A DNA stretch of 64,000 nt from Patescibacteria group bacterium (GTDB taxonomy: Bacteria > Patescibacteriota > Doudnabacteria > UBA920): the NCBI GenBank assembly GCA_036726225.1, contig DAIMCS010000001.1, positions 5,776 through 69,775 on the forward strand. Direction: 5' to 3'. Made by a program: the position numbers and the translations under genes. Numbering within the stretch: position 1 is the first letter of the stretch; the number at the start of each line of letters is the position of its first letter. The notes below the pieces were generated by a model. The model saw only the letters and a program-made list of their open reading frames with translations, did not search any database and had not been told where the DNA came from. Positions 42,382 through 52,542 of the stretch are shown piece after piece.

Positions 42382-44538
42382 ATGAGAGTAAAGATTCTCG
42401 GTTTAGCGGTTTTAGTCAGTCTGATTGGTTCTGTTTTATTTCTTAATTTCAATACTTCCAAGGCAGATGCGCCCACTGCGGGACTGGCAGGCTATTGGAA
42501 TTTTAACGAAGGGAGCGGCACGCTGGCAGCCGACAGTTCAGGCAACGCCAACAACGGTACACTGGTTAATGACCCAAGTTGGACCTCTGGCCAGGTGGGC
42601 AGCGCGGCTCTGTCTTTTGACGGCAGCAATGACTATGTAAACGCCGGCTCCGGCACTTCGTTGGACAACATCCAAAGCCAGGGCGGCGGCGGAATGACTG
42701 TGGCTTTTTGGGTAAAGCCCACAACCAACGCGACTAAAATCCTTATTGCTAAAGGCCTTAATGCCAACAATAACGGCAATTGGTACATTCAAAAATCCGC
42801 GAGCACGAATCCGGCCAGGCTGGTTTTTGTCAAAGAGGGCGCCACAGATATGAACGTTAATTATAACAGCGTTTTGGCCAGCGGCTCCTGGACTCATATT
42901 GTTCTGACCTGGGACGGCACAATGCAGGCTAGCGGAGTAAATGTCTACAAAAACGGCTCCCTAATAACTAAAGGTTACAGCACTAACGGTGCTACCCCCA
43001 ATTCCGACGCTGCCAATAATCTTACGATTGGCGGGGTACCCGGCGGAACTTTTTCCGACGCAGTTTTAGACGAAGTGCGCATTTACAACCGGGTGTTAAC
43101 GGCCCAGGAAGCAGTTGATGTCTACACTGATATAGGCGTAACCGACACCACTCCTCCAAATGTCTCAAACGGATCCCCCACAGGAATTCTGCCTGCCGGC
43201 ACCACGCAAACCACTCTTTTTGTTGCGACTAACGAAAATGCCACATGCAAATACGACACAATGCCGGGCGTAGAATATGCCTCTATGGCCAACGCCTTTG
43301 CTACCACCGGCGCAACTTCTCATTCCCAAAGCCTTACAGGGCTAACTGACGGCTCTTCCTACACTTATTACATAAGGTGCCAAGACGTCTTAGGCAATAC
43401 CAATGCGGCCGACTACGTTGTTTCTTTTTCTATCGCCGAGCCGGACAGTACTCCTCCGGTAATTTCCTCTGTTTTTGCTTCCAACATTACTTCCTCATCG
43501 GCCACAATCTCCTGGAGCACGGATGAAGCCGCAGACAGCCAGGTGGAGTACGGACTTACACAGAGCTATGGGTCGCAGACTGCGCTGGATGCTAACCTGC
43601 TTACTTCTCACTCCCAAAATCTTTTAGGTCTTACTGCCAGCACGACGTATCATTTTTTTGTAAAATCCAAAGATTTAGCCGGCAACCTGGCCACGTCTAC
43701 CGATTACACTTTTACCACCAATCCTACTCCTTCCTGTTCCCAAAATACCCTGACGGATTTTAGAGACGGCGCAGAAGGAAATGTGCTGACCGCAGCACCC
43801 TTGAATTCTTCCGCCTTTGGCGTTTTAGGAAATTACTGGAGTGTGAGCAACCCGGGCTCTTATTTAACTTTCTCATCCGGCGCCGGCCATATTTTCGGCG
43901 GTCAAAATCCCAATTTTTGCAACAACCCCTGGCCCGGAGACGGCGCACCAATGGGCGTCAATTTGTTCGTGGCTGACAACGCTTACCGGTATGCCAAGTT
44001 TACCTATCCGGGCTTTAGCTTTTCCAAGCCGCCAACGCCGACTTCCACCGCGACCTTGGGTATGTGGTTTAAAACCGATTACCCAAGCAACACCAATCCT
44101 CCGCCTAATATAGACATTTTGACAAGTGTGGGTTATGGTTTAGGCTCACCAAATTATACCAATGTTGCGTTTCAGGGAAACGGCGGTTTTTTAAGGCTAA
44201 GCCTGGAAACTGCAAGCAACCCGGGCACAGGGTGTGTTGGCCATAATTCTACAGTGGACGCCATAACTATTAATTCCAATGCTTGGTATTGGATAACAAT
44301 TCAATATTCCCCGGACATCAGCGGAATTATGAACAAGCATGCTTTGTGGGTATATGACGAAGGCCTAAACAAAATTGGAGAGATTTACGCCACCTCCTGT
44401 AAAGACCATATTCCCTGGTACTCAAAATTCGGCTTCACAGGCGCGCCCGGCACTGCTTATAACCATAACCTAATGTTTGATAACGTTATGATGTGTTACA
44501 AGGAAGACTGCGCTTTCCCCCTCTTACCCCAACAGTAG
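42382..44538 (+). CDS. secreted LamG (concanavalin A-like lectin) - Fn3 - Fn3 - jelly-roll multidomain protein
   Basis: Signal peptide; Laminin_G_3-like N-domain (LAGYWNFNEGSGT…LSFDGSNDYV…); two Fn3 domains (…ATISWSTDEAADSQVEYG…); C-terminal second lectin-like domain. Confidence 0.7.
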   Translation: MRVKILGLAVLVSLIGSVLFLNFNTSKADAPTAGLAGYWNFNEGSGTLAADSSGNANNGTLVNDPSWTSGQVGSAALSFDGSNDYVNAGSGTSLDNIQSQGGGGMTVAFWVKPTTNATKILIAKGLNANNNGNWYIQKSASTNPARLVFVKEGATDMNVNYNSVLASGSWTHIVLTWDGTMQASGVNVYKNGSLITKGYSTNGATPNSDAANNLTIGGVPGGTFSDAVLDEVRIYNRVLTAQEAVDVYTDIGVTDTTPPNVSNGSPTGILPAGTTQTTLFVATNENATCKYDTMPGVEYASMANAFATTGATSHSQSLTGLTDGSSYTYYIRCQDVLGNTNAADYVVSFSIAEPDSTPPVISSVFASNITSSSATISWSTDEAADSQVEYGLTQSYGSQTALDANLLTSHSQNLLGLTASTTYHFFVKSKDLAGNLATSTDYTFTTNPTPSCSQNTLTDFRDGAEGNVLTAAPLNSSAFGVLGNYWSVSNPGSYLTFSSGAGHIFGGQNPNFCNNPWPGDGAPMGVNLFVADNAYRYAKFTYPGFSFSKPPTPTSTATLGMWFKTDYPSNTNPPPNIDILTSVGYGLGSPNYTNVAFQGNGGFLRLSLETASNPGTGCVGHNSTVDAITINSNAWYWITIQYSPDISGIMNKHALWVYDEGLNKIGEIYATSCKDHIPWYSKFGFTGAPGTAYNHNLMFDNVMMCYKEDCAFPLLPQQ

Positions 44539-44545
44539 GTAGCAA

Positions 44546-44618
44546 CAAAATTTCCTAAAACCTACCCCCGACCTTAGAGGTCGGGGGTTTTTGTTTGCCT
44601 GAAATACTCTGGTATACT
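44546..44618 (+). repeat. 73-bp direct repeat copy 2 (terminator plus promoter-like module)
   Basis: Identical to copy 1. Confidence 0.85.
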
Positions 44619-44644
44619 TTAAATGTAAGAAAAAATAAAGCCCA

Positions 44645-45703
44645 ATGTTAAAAAATCGAATTTTTTGGATAATTTTAGGCCTGTCTGTCCTGTGCGGCGT
44701 TTTGCTGTATGTGCAAAACCAAAGGCAAAAACAGCTTGTTGCCAAAAACATCCGCGGGCTGGTGGAATCGGCGCTAAAAACCGACGGACTGAAAATGCCT
44801 GCTTTTGATATTGCGGCTTACGACAAAAAATTGCTGGAAATAGCGAACAATCCCGTTACCCCGTCTTCAACAACATCCACACTTCAAACTTTGTGGCCGG
44901 TGAAAACCGCTTACCCAAACGTTGGCGCAATTTTACCGTTTAACAGAGTGGTGGCTTATTACGGAAATTTACTTTCCCGGGGTATGGGAATTTTGGGTGA
45001 ATATCCGGAAGATGTAATGCTAAAAAAATTGAACAATGAAGTCAGTAACTGGCAAGCTGCCGATCCAGCCACCCCGGTGGTGCCTGCGCTTCACTATATT
45101 TCTGTAGTTGCCCAGGCAGGCCCGGGACGTGACGGTAAATACCGCGCGCGTATGCCGGACAAGGAAATAGAAAAAGTCCTTGCCATGGCTAAAAAAATTA
45201 ACGGCATAGTTTTTCTCGATGTCCAGGTTGGCCTAAGCAATGTTCAAATTGAAGTCCCGCTCTTAGAAAAATATTTAAAACTGCCCAACGTGCATTTGGG
45301 AATTGACCCGGAATTTGCCATGCATAATGGCAATAGGCCCGGTACGGTTATTGGCACACTCGATGCGGCTGATGTAAATTTTGCCGCAAACTATTTGGCC
45401 GATGTTGTGCGAAAAAATAATTTGCCGCCAAAAATTTTAATTATCCACCGCTTCACCCAGCCTATGCTGACGAACGCAAGAAAAATTACTCCCCTGCCCG
45501 AAGTGCAAATTGTCATCCAAATGGACGGTTTTGGCAGTCAGGGCGCCAAGCTTAACACTTACAAGCAATACATTTACAAAGAACCCGTGCAGTTTACAGG
45601 CTTTAAAATATTTTATAAAAACGATTCTGTGCGCGGCTCTATTTTTGAGCCTAAACAACTGCTTAAGCTTAATCCCATCCCGGTTTACATTCAGTACCAA
45701 TAA
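44645..45703 (+). CDS. hypothetical membrane-anchored secreted protein (possible glycoside-hydrolase-like TIM barrel)
   Basis: N-terminal TM; no firm motif recognized. Confidence 0.45.
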   Translation: MLKNRIFWIILGLSVLCGVLLYVQNQRQKQLVAKNIRGLVESALKTDGLKMPAFDIAAYDKKLLEIANNPVTPSSTTSTLQTLWPVKTAYPNVGAILPFNRVVAYYGNLLSRGMGILGEYPEDVMLKKLNNEVSNWQAADPATPVVPALHYISVVAQAGPGRDGKYRARMPDKEIEKVLAMAKKINGIVFLDVQVGLSNVQIEVPLLEKYLKLPNVHLGIDPEFAMHNGNRPGTVIGTLDAADVNFAANYLADVVRKNNLPPKILIIHRFTQPMLTNARKITPLPEVQIVIQMDGFGSQGAKLNTYKQYIYKEPVQFTGFKIFYKNDSVRGSIFEPKQLLKLNPIPVYIQYQ

Positions 45704-45705
45704 AA

Positions 45706-47298
45706 ATGAAAAAAGCAAAAATTATTTCTATTATTTTTTTGCTTGCCGCCTTATCGAGCGAATTTTCTTTTAATACCCCCTCCACCGCCGCTTTTTCTTA
45801 CCGGAGTGTGTCGCCCCTAAGTAAGGTTTTAGGCGAAGCTGACCTCTACCCTTATGCTTCAGGCAGCCTGATTAACGAAAATGGGACAATTTATTTCATT
45901 GTAGGCAAGGATAAAGTGCCTTTTACTAATTACGCGGCTTTTGTGGGTTTGGGATATTCTTTAAAAAATGTTGTCGATGGAAACTTGTCCGGTTACAGGC
46001 TGGCTCAGAGCTATTTTATTACAACCGCGCAAGCGACGCATCCCTGGGGCAGCTGGCTTTTATATAACCATACAGTCTACTACAGCCACGAAAGCGGGTT
46101 AATAGGCGTGCCGAACTGGGACATTTTTGTCAGCAACGGCGGGAAAGCTGAATATATTGTTGGAGCCAATAAGTACGATATAGAGGAATTAAACAAACAA
46201 CCTAACAATCCCATATTAGCCTCTTATGACAATCGGGTATATGGGGCATTATCTTTTACTCCTACTCCCCTGCCACTCGCCCCGCCTTCACCCACCCCTA
46301 CTCCGACCCCTGCTCCCCTGCCTCCCACCCCCGCACCACAGCCTTCTCCCCAGCCCGGCGGACAGCCCACTTCAACTCCTGTCTCTAAGCTTAACTCTAA
46401 AATGGGTACATACTATGTGCCAAAAAATTTTCCTCAATCTGTTTTACTGAATAACACAGCGGAAATAGATGAATATTTTAACGCAACTAAGCAAGTAGGC
46501 GGACATATTGCCGTGCTGCAGCGCTGGGATGAGCCCAATTTGGATTCTTTCTGGCAGCAAGCGCAGGCCAAGGCAAAAACCTTAGGCTTAAAATTTTATT
46601 TGCATATTGACCCCCTAACCGGCTATACCCATTCGGGTCCCGCTGTGCCGGCTTCGGTGTCTTCTACCAACAGTTTTAGCGACCCAACAGCCAGGCAGGC
46701 TTTTAAAAACGCAATGCTCAACTACGCTTCTTTGCATCCCGATGTCTTAGGCATTGGCACGGAGGTAAATTTAATGCTCTACCACAACAACCCCTCTGAA
46801 TTTAACAATTATGTGTCGCTGGCAAAAGAAACTTACGACGCCATTAAACAGCAATACCCCGGCCAAACCGTTACCATAAGTTTTTCCTGGGACATTATGC
46901 GCATATTTAATCAGTACAATATATTAGCCCAGTTTAAAAACAGTGCTGATGTCTTTAGCTTTACCACTTACCCAAATGTCATAAGTGCGCAGGATCCTTT
47001 GGCCCTGCCGACCGATTTCTTTGGTTCCATCCGCGCCTATTTGCCTTCCGAGCGCGTGGCTATTTCCGAAATGTCCTGGTTTGCGGGCGGCACGGGATCG
47101 GAAGATTTGCAAAAAAAATACTACGAACGCCTGCCGCAACTGCTCTCCGGTTTAAATCCGGAATTTGTCACCATCACTTATTTATACGATTTGCCTCAAA
47201 GCTTTGTGCCCAACACAGAGTTTAATTCTGCCGGCCTGCTTAGGGCCGACGGCAGCCTAAGGCCCAGCTGGCAAGCAGTGCTTAATTACAATTTTTAA
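45706..47298 (+). CDS. secreted protein with Pro/Thr-rich linker and C-terminal clan GH-A (GH5-like) glycoside hydrolase-type domain
   Basis: Signal peptide; PT-rich linker; candidate acid/base WDEPN (NEP-like) and nucleophile IGTEVN motifs. Confidence 0.4.
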   Translation: MKKAKIISIIFLLAALSSEFSFNTPSTAAFSYRSVSPLSKVLGEADLYPYASGSLINENGTIYFIVGKDKVPFTNYAAFVGLGYSLKNVVDGNLSGYRLAQSYFITTAQATHPWGSWLLYNHTVYYSHESGLIGVPNWDIFVSNGGKAEYIVGANKYDIEELNKQPNNPILASYDNRVYGALSFTPTPLPLAPPSPTPTPTPAPLPPTPAPQPSPQPGGQPTSTPVSKLNSKMGTYYVPKNFPQSVLLNNTAEIDEYFNATKQVGGHIAVLQRWDEPNLDSFWQQAQAKAKTLGLKFYLHIDPLTGYTHSGPAVPASVSSTNSFSDPTARQAFKNAMLNYASLHPDVLGIGTEVNLMLYHNNPSEFNNYVSLAKETYDAIKQQYPGQTVTISFSWDIMRIFNQYNILAQFKNSADVFSFTTYPNVISAQDPLALPTDFFGSIRAYLPSERVAISEMSWFAGGTGSEDLQKKYYERLPQLLSGLNPEFVTITYLYDLPQSFVPNTEFNSAGLLRADGSLRPSWQAVLNYNF

Positions 47299-47315
47299 AT
47301 CAGCGCCGAAAATTT

Positions 47316-48353
47316 ATGAAATATAAATTACCTATAGCTATTATAGTGGTAGCCGCGGGCTTGAGCGTTTTTTATTACGGAAAAAAACCGGCAAAAAACA
47401 CCGCCCTTCAGTCAACCCAATCGAGCCCGCTTTCTGAAAGAAAAACACAAACCACAAGTACACAAACGCAAAGCTTTCACGCCGTGTCTTTGCCTGCCTT
47501 AATGCAAAAAGAATTTGACGGCAGGGATTTAACTTTAGGAAAAATTTTGTCAGCAAATGAAAGCTACACCCGCTACTATATTACTTACAAAAGCGGCGAG
47601 CTTACTATTTCGGGAATTATGAATGTGCCCACCGGCACTCCCCCTTTGGGCGGTTTTCCCGTGCTTATTTTAAACCACGGCCATATTGATGTAAGCATTT
47701 ACACCAACGGCAGAGGGCTTAAACGCGAGCAGGACTATCTGGCCAGGCAGGGTTTTGTGGTAATTCATCCCGATTATAGAAACCACGCCGAATCGGACAA
47801 AGATCCCCAAGCGGAAACCTCGCTGCGTCTTGGGTATGCCGAAGATGTAATTAACGGGATCTATGCGGTAAAAAATTCAAGTTTAGGCTTTTTAAATAAA
47901 GAAAAGATTGGCATGCTAGGGCATTCCATGGGCGGCGGCGTGGCCATTAATACTATGGTGGTAAAACCGGATTTAGTAAAAGCTTTTGTGCTCTATGCCC
48001 CGGTCAGCAGTAACTACGAACAAAACTTTGAACGCTGGACAACCAGGCGGCCCGAACTGGCAACTAAAGTTGTTGAGCTTTACGGCTCCCCGACAACCAG
48101 CCCCGAATTTTGGAAAAATGTTTCGGCAAAAAATTTTTTGCAGAATGCAGTATCGCCAGTTTTAATTTTCCACGGCACCCGCGACGACTCCGTCCCATAC
48201 GAGTGGTCCACCGACCTGACGTCAACACTCCAAACGTTAAATAAAGAAGTAAGCCTTATAACTTTTGAAGGAGAGGCCCACGAATTCGGCCCAAAATGGA
48301 CCAGCTTTATGCAGCAGTCTAGTGCTTTTTTTAACAGTCATTTAAAACCCTAA
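47316..48353 (+). CDS. alpha/beta-hydrolase (S9 prolyl-oligopeptidase / dienelactone-hydrolase-like), membrane-anchored
   Basis: GHSMGGG nucleophile elbow; the C-terminal region carries the catalytic Asp/His. Confidence 0.7.
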   Translation: MKYKLPIAIIVVAAGLSVFYYGKKPAKNTALQSTQSSPLSERKTQTTSTQTQSFHAVSLPALMQKEFDGRDLTLGKILSANESYTRYYITYKSGELTISGIMNVPTGTPPLGGFPVLILNHGHIDVSIYTNGRGLKREQDYLARQGFVVIHPDYRNHAESDKDPQAETSLRLGYAEDVINGIYAVKNSSLGFLNKEKIGMLGHSMGGGVAINTMVVKPDLVKAFVLYAPVSSNYEQNFERWTTRRPELATKVVELYGSPTTSPEFWKNVSAKNFLQNAVSPVLIFHGTRDDSVPYEWSTDLTSTLQTLNKEVSLITFEGEAHEFGPKWTSFMQQSSAFFNSHLKP

Positions 48354-48362
48354 AGTTTAGAT

Positions 48363-48830
48363 ATGTATAATCACGAGCCAAAAAACTATGTTTGTCCGCT
48401 CTGCCAAATTGCTAAAGGCGAGACAACAGAAAAAGGCAATATGGAAGATTTTGTGGTTTTTCGTGACGAATTTTTAACCGCGTACATTTCCGGCAAATGG
48501 TGGAAGCCCAGTCCCGGACACGTTATTATTGTCACGAATGATCATATAGAAAATATTTACGACCTGTCAGATGAGCTGGGCCATAAAATTGCCGATCTTT
48601 CCAAAAAGATAGCTATTGGGTTAAAGGAGACTTACAAGTGCGACGGAATTTCTACCAGGCAACACAACGAACCGGCCGGTAACCAGGACGTATGGCATTA
48701 TCACTTACACATTTTCCCCAGATATGAAAATGACAACCTTTATTTAAACCACAAAGACACTTACTGGCCCACGCCCGAAGAAAAGATGCCTTACGCAAAC
48801 AAATTAAAAGGCTATTTTAGACAAATCTAA
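48363..48830 (+). CDS. HIT-family (histidine triad) protein
   Basis: HYHLHIFPR histidine triad motif. Confidence 0.8.
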   Translation: MYNHEPKNYVCPLCQIAKGETTEKGNMEDFVVFRDEFLTAYISGKWWKPSPGHVIIVTNDHIENIYDLSDELGHKIADLSKKIAIGLKETYKCDGISTRQHNEPAGNQDVWHYHLHIFPRYENDNLYLNHKDTYWPTPEEKMPYANKLKGYFRQI

Positions 48831-48841
48831 AAAAATAGAAA

Positions 48842-49468
48842 ATGAACCCAAGCAGAATATATTCCGCCATTGGCCATGCAAGTCATATTCACGACTTCTT
48901 AACAAAACTAACGGGATATGAAAAGTCGGTAAAATTTTTTGTTTCCCACCTGAATTTTAACAGACAAGACACATTAAGAGTTTTAGAAGTTGGTTGTGGC
49001 ACCGGCCTGTATTCCTTAGCCGTCTTGGACAGATTTAGCAACGCCCAGGTGACGGCTTTTGATTTAAATAAAAAATTAGCCGGACACCTGAAAAATAAGG
49101 CCCAAAAACTCGGCTATGGGAACCGTATAAAAACTTTTACCGCCGACGTCCGAAAAGATTTGGATGCAATTAACGGGAAATTCGATTTAATAATAGCGGC
49201 GGGGGTGCTTGAATATGTACCGCTAAAACCCACGGTTGAAAAATTGTCCCGACTTTTGCTTGTGGGCGGCTATTTTTTAATTTCACCGGTAAAAAATAAT
49301 TGGTGGGGCAACACAGTTGCTAAAATTTACGCGACTAAAGCATATTCGAGGCACGAACATATGGATGCTTTTGCAAATAAATTTTCTTTAGAACAAATAA
49401 TTACTCTCCCAAAATATACCCCCGCTTCATTTAAAGAAGCCCTTGTATTTAAAAAACTCCGGGATTAA
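48842..49468 (+). CDS. class I SAM-dependent methyltransferase
   Basis: Motif I VLEVGCGTGLYS. Confidence 0.75.
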   Translation: MNPSRIYSAIGHASHIHDFLTKLTGYEKSVKFFVSHLNFNRQDTLRVLEVGCGTGLYSLAVLDRFSNAQVTAFDLNKKLAGHLKNKAQKLGYGNRIKTFTADVRKDLDAINGKFDLIIAAGVLEYVPLKPTVEKLSRLLLVGGYFLISPVKNNWWGNTVAKIYATKAYSRHEHMDAFANKFSLEQIITLPKYTPASFKEALVFKKLRD

Positions 49469-49545
49469 TTAAAACTATGGAACGTCTTATTGTTGCAGCA
49501 ATAACCGTCGGCAGGGTTAGAAAATTAGAGATATATTATAAATTT

Positions 49546-49578
49546 AAAAACGTCCCAATGTCATTGGGACGTTTTTTT
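49546..49578. terminator. bidirectional terminator AAAAACGTCCCAATGtcaTTGGGACGTTTTTTT
   Basis: 11-bp perfect stem between convergent genes. Confidence 0.65.
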
Positions 49579-50368
49579 ATCTCCCGCTATGTTTTCTAAA
49601 TAAATAGCCGGCTACGGGAATAGCGACAACGGCTATGCCAATACACCACGCTACCGCAATCCAAGCATGGTTACCTACCGGTGTGCCAATCATTAAAGCA
49701 CGCACCGCTTCAATGACATGCGTAACAGGCTGGTTCTCCGCAAAAATTCTTAGTCCTTTAACCATAGTTTGAGTAGGGACGAACGCTGCGCTGGCAAAAG
49801 TTAAGGGGAATATTACAAAAAATCCCATCCACTGTACTGCTTCAGGAGTTTTGGCAAGCAGTCCCATAATAGCCGCTACCCAGGACATAGCGTAAGTAAA
49901 CAATAAAACAATCCCGGCAATTAAAAACCAATCTGTAACCGAAGCTTCGGGGCGAAAGCCTACCAAAAGTCCCACACCTATCATAATTACCGATTGAATT
50001 AAGTTACGGACTAAGTCACCAACTACGTGGCCGGAAACTACCGCAATGCTAAAAATGGGCATTGATTTCAAACGGTCAATAATGCCGCGCTGCAGGTCGG
50101 TTGCTACCATAAGAGATGTCGTAAGCGAACCAAACGCCACACTTTGAATGAGAATGCCGGCAACCAAAAAATTCACATAACTTACTCCGCCCGTGCCAAT
50201 AGCGCCGCCAAAAACATAGCGGAAAAGCAACATAAACATTACCGGCTGAATAGTCAGGCCTAAAATCTGGTCCCGGTTTTTTACAATATGCAAAAGCGAG
50301 CGCTTAATTAGCACCCACGAATCAATAAACATCCAAACAGTTTTAGAATGTTGGGCAGTTTTGATCAT
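49577..50368 (-). CDS. ABC-2 type transporter permease
   Basis: 263 aa, 6 TM; ABC-2 family. Confidence 0.8.
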   Translation of the reverse strand: MIKTAQHSKTVWMFIDSWVLIKRSLLHIVKNRDQILGLTIQPVMFMLLFRYVFGGAIGTGGVSYVNFLVAGILIQSVAFGSLTTSLMVATDLQRGIIDRLKSMPIFSIAVVSGHVVGDLVRNLIQSVIMIGVGLLVGFRPEASVTDWFLIAGIVLLFTYAMSWVAAIMGLLAKTPEAVQWMGFFVIFPLTFASAAFVPTQTMVKGLRIFAENQPVTHVIEAVRALMIGTPVGNHAWIAVAWCIGIAVVAIPVAGYLFRKHSGR

Positions 50369-51315
50369 AGTTGTTTCTCCTCTGCTTCGGCCTTGTGACC
50401 CGTGAGTTTTAAAAATACATCGTCCAGCGTGGGCTTATGCATAGAAAGCGTTTCCACCCCAACTCCGGCCTGTTCAAGCCTGTCCAGTATGCGCTTTATT
50501 TGCCCTACACTGCCTTCTGTTGATACATTAATTGTCCTTTGGTGTTCATCTTGGTACAGGAGCTCTCCGTCCACGGCCTCCAGTGCTTTAGCAAAGCTGC
50601 TTTCCATTTTTATTGTCAATTCTAATCTTTCTTTGCCCACCTTATTTTTCAACTCGTCAGAAGTACCCTTAGCAATTATTTTTCCGTTGTCTATGACTGC
50701 TATTTGGTCAGCCAAATTGTCCGCTTCTTCCATATACTGTGTAGTTAATAAAATAGTCACATTTTCCTCTACCAATTTTTTTATTATTTCCCACATGGCC
50801 ATGCGCGAACGCGGGTCCAGGCCGGTAGTTGGCTCATCCAAAAAAACGACGGGAGGCGTGGCAATAAGACTGGCGGCCAAATCGAGCCGCCTGCGCATTC
50901 CTCCGGAATAATTTTTTACGGCCCGACTGCCGGCTTCTGCTAAATCGAACTGCCCCAGCAGCTCTTGGGCCCTGGCTTTGGCATTAGCTTTACTTAAATG
51001 GTAAAGCCGTCCCATCATTTCCAAATTTTCAAACCCGGTAAGGTATTCATCCACCGCCGCGTATTGGCCGGTTAGCCCAATACTCGCCCTAACGGCATCG
51101 GCATTTTTAACCACGTTGTGGCCGTTTACCACAGCCTCACCGGAGTCAGGTAAAAGCAGGGTGCTTAAAATTCTTATTGTGGTTGTTTTGCCTGCGCCGT
51201 TGGGGCCAAGCAAAGCCAGCACGCTTCCGCGCTCCACCTCCAAATTTAAGCCTTCCAAAACTTTTAGGTCTTTAAAAGACTTGTTCAAATTTTTTATTAT
51301 AATCGCATTATCCAT
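50365..51315 (-). CDS. ABC transporter ATP-binding protein (DrrA-like)
   Basis: Walker A GPNGAGKTTT; signature LSGGMRRRL; Walker B VVFLDEP. Confidence 0.9.
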   Translation of the reverse strand: MDNAIIIKNLNKSFKDLKVLEGLNLEVERGSVLALLGPNGAGKTTTIRILSTLLLPDSGEAVVNGHNVVKNADAVRASIGLTGQYAAVDEYLTGFENLEMMGRLYHLSKANAKARAQELLGQFDLAEAGSRAVKNYSGGMRRRLDLAASLIATPPVVFLDEPTTGLDPRSRMAMWEIIKKLVEENVTILLTTQYMEEADNLADQIAVIDNGKIIAKGTSDELKNKVGKERLELTIKMESSFAKALEAVDGELLYQDEHQRTINVSTEGSVGQIKRILDRLEQAGVGVETLSMHKPTLDDVFLKLTGHKAEAEEKQL

Positions 51316-51479
51316 AAAGGAAATAATACCATATTTCTTTTATTATTGCCATCACTTACGCTACCGCCATAAACAATATCCGCCAATTTTTATTATTAGT
51401 TTTAATCGGCAAAAAGGTAACGACGTTTCATAGCGCAAAAAAAAAGCCGTGGCATCCCGCCGCGGCTTTTTTATGCCGG

Positions 51480-51734
51480 TTATGCTACCGGACGCAAAGC
51501 GCGCACAATTGCTATAAGCACAACGGCTCCCAAAAGGGCAACTATGAAGCTATAGAAGTTAAAGCCGCTTACGCCGCTTTGACCAAAGAAGCTCATAAGC
51601 CATCCGCCTAATATAGCCCCAACAATTCCCACAACAATGTTCATAAGTCCTCCCTGGTTGGCATCGGACTTCATTATTATGGAGGCTATCCAGCCTACCA
51701 GCGCGCCAAAAACTATCCAAAGAATAATTCCCAT
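51480..51734 (-). CDS. GlsB/YeaQ/YmgE-family stress-response membrane protein
   Basis: 84 aa, Gly-rich TM pattern MGIILWIVFGALVGWIAS…; terminator at 51440-51478. Confidence 0.75.
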   Translation of the reverse strand: MGIILWIVFGALVGWIASIIMKSDANQGGLMNIVVGIVGAILGGWLMSFFGQSGVSGFNFYSFIVALLGAVVLIAIVRALRPVA

Positions 51735-51769
51735 ATATTTTTCGTTAATTATTAATTTTAATATTATTA

Positions 51770-51991
51770 CTATCCGCCTCTGTTTACATCCAGTTCAATC
51801 CGCTCCGGGACGTTAACATTTGTCCCGCCATTCGTGCCCGACTGGTTGCGCAATGCAGGCAGGCCGTAAACTATAAAGGCAAAAACTACAAGGACAGCCA
51901 AGATAATGCCGATCATAGCCGCAGCGCTAACCCCCTCATTACTGGACGGAGCAGCCGGGGCGTGCGAAGGATTGTTTATAACAGTAGCCAT
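51770..51991 (-). CDS. hypothetical small membrane protein
   Basis: 73 aa, one TM. Confidence 0.35.
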   Translation of the reverse strand: MATVINNPSHAPAAPSSNEGVSAAAMIGIILAVLVVFAFIVYGLPALRNQSGTNGGTNVNVPERIELDVNRGG

Positions 51992-52043
51992 AGATTTCCT
52001 TTCTAAAATTAGAGCTAATTTTATATCTCTAATTTTTTAATTT

Positions 52044-52418
52044 TTATTGTTCTTCTCTTTCCAACTTGACTGCGGCTTCCGGAGCCGATACCGGCTTGCC
52101 CATTACAAACAGTCTTGAAATGCCCAAAGCTATAATCCAGTAAACTACCATAGCCAGTAATGTTGTCCATTCAAACACACTGCCTTCCACTCGGCTAATT
52201 CTAAAGACATTTAGGAAAGGCGCGGCAAAAGGGTAAGACAGGGCGTAAATAAAACTACTAAAGCCCGCGCCGGGGTTGGCCCCAAACAACTTAAGCAGGA
52301 AACGGAAAGCTAGCAAAACTTCTAAAATTCCCAAAACATACCAGACAATTTGGACTCCCCTGTAAAGCGGTCTGTTCCTTGGTGAATTATATGTATTTAC
52401 AACTTCATAATTTGGCAT
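52044..52418 (-). CDS. YggT-family membrane protein
   Basis: IVWYVLGILEVLLAFRFLLKLF pattern of YggT; 3 TM. Confidence 0.6.
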   Translation of the reverse strand: MPNYEVVNTYNSPRNRPLYRGVQIVWYVLGILEVLLAFRFLLKLFGANPGAGFSSFIYALSYPFAAPFLNVFRISRVEGSVFEWTTLLAMVVYWIIALGISRLFVMGKPVSAPEAAVKLEREEQ

Positions 52419-52478
52419 AAATTTATATTTAGATGTTAGCTATATATTGCAACGCTCTTTTCAATAAAATGTTTTATA

Positions 52479-52508
52479 AAAAAGAGGAAGCTTTGTTAGC
52501 TTCCTCTG
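52479..52508 (-). terminator. terminator of the GGDEF-EAL gene (AGAGGAAGC tttgtta GCTTCCTCT plus T-run on minus strand)
   Basis: 9-bp perfect stem. Confidence 0.6.
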
Positions 52509-52542
52509 ATAATTAAGCAATAAAACCCGGTTGGATTTACTT

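Noticed and set aside
49485-49580. 40-codon ORF MERLIVAAITVGRV… between the methyltransferase and ABC genes
   Set aside because: It has no SD and runs through the bidirectional terminator hairpin. It is most likely non-coding.
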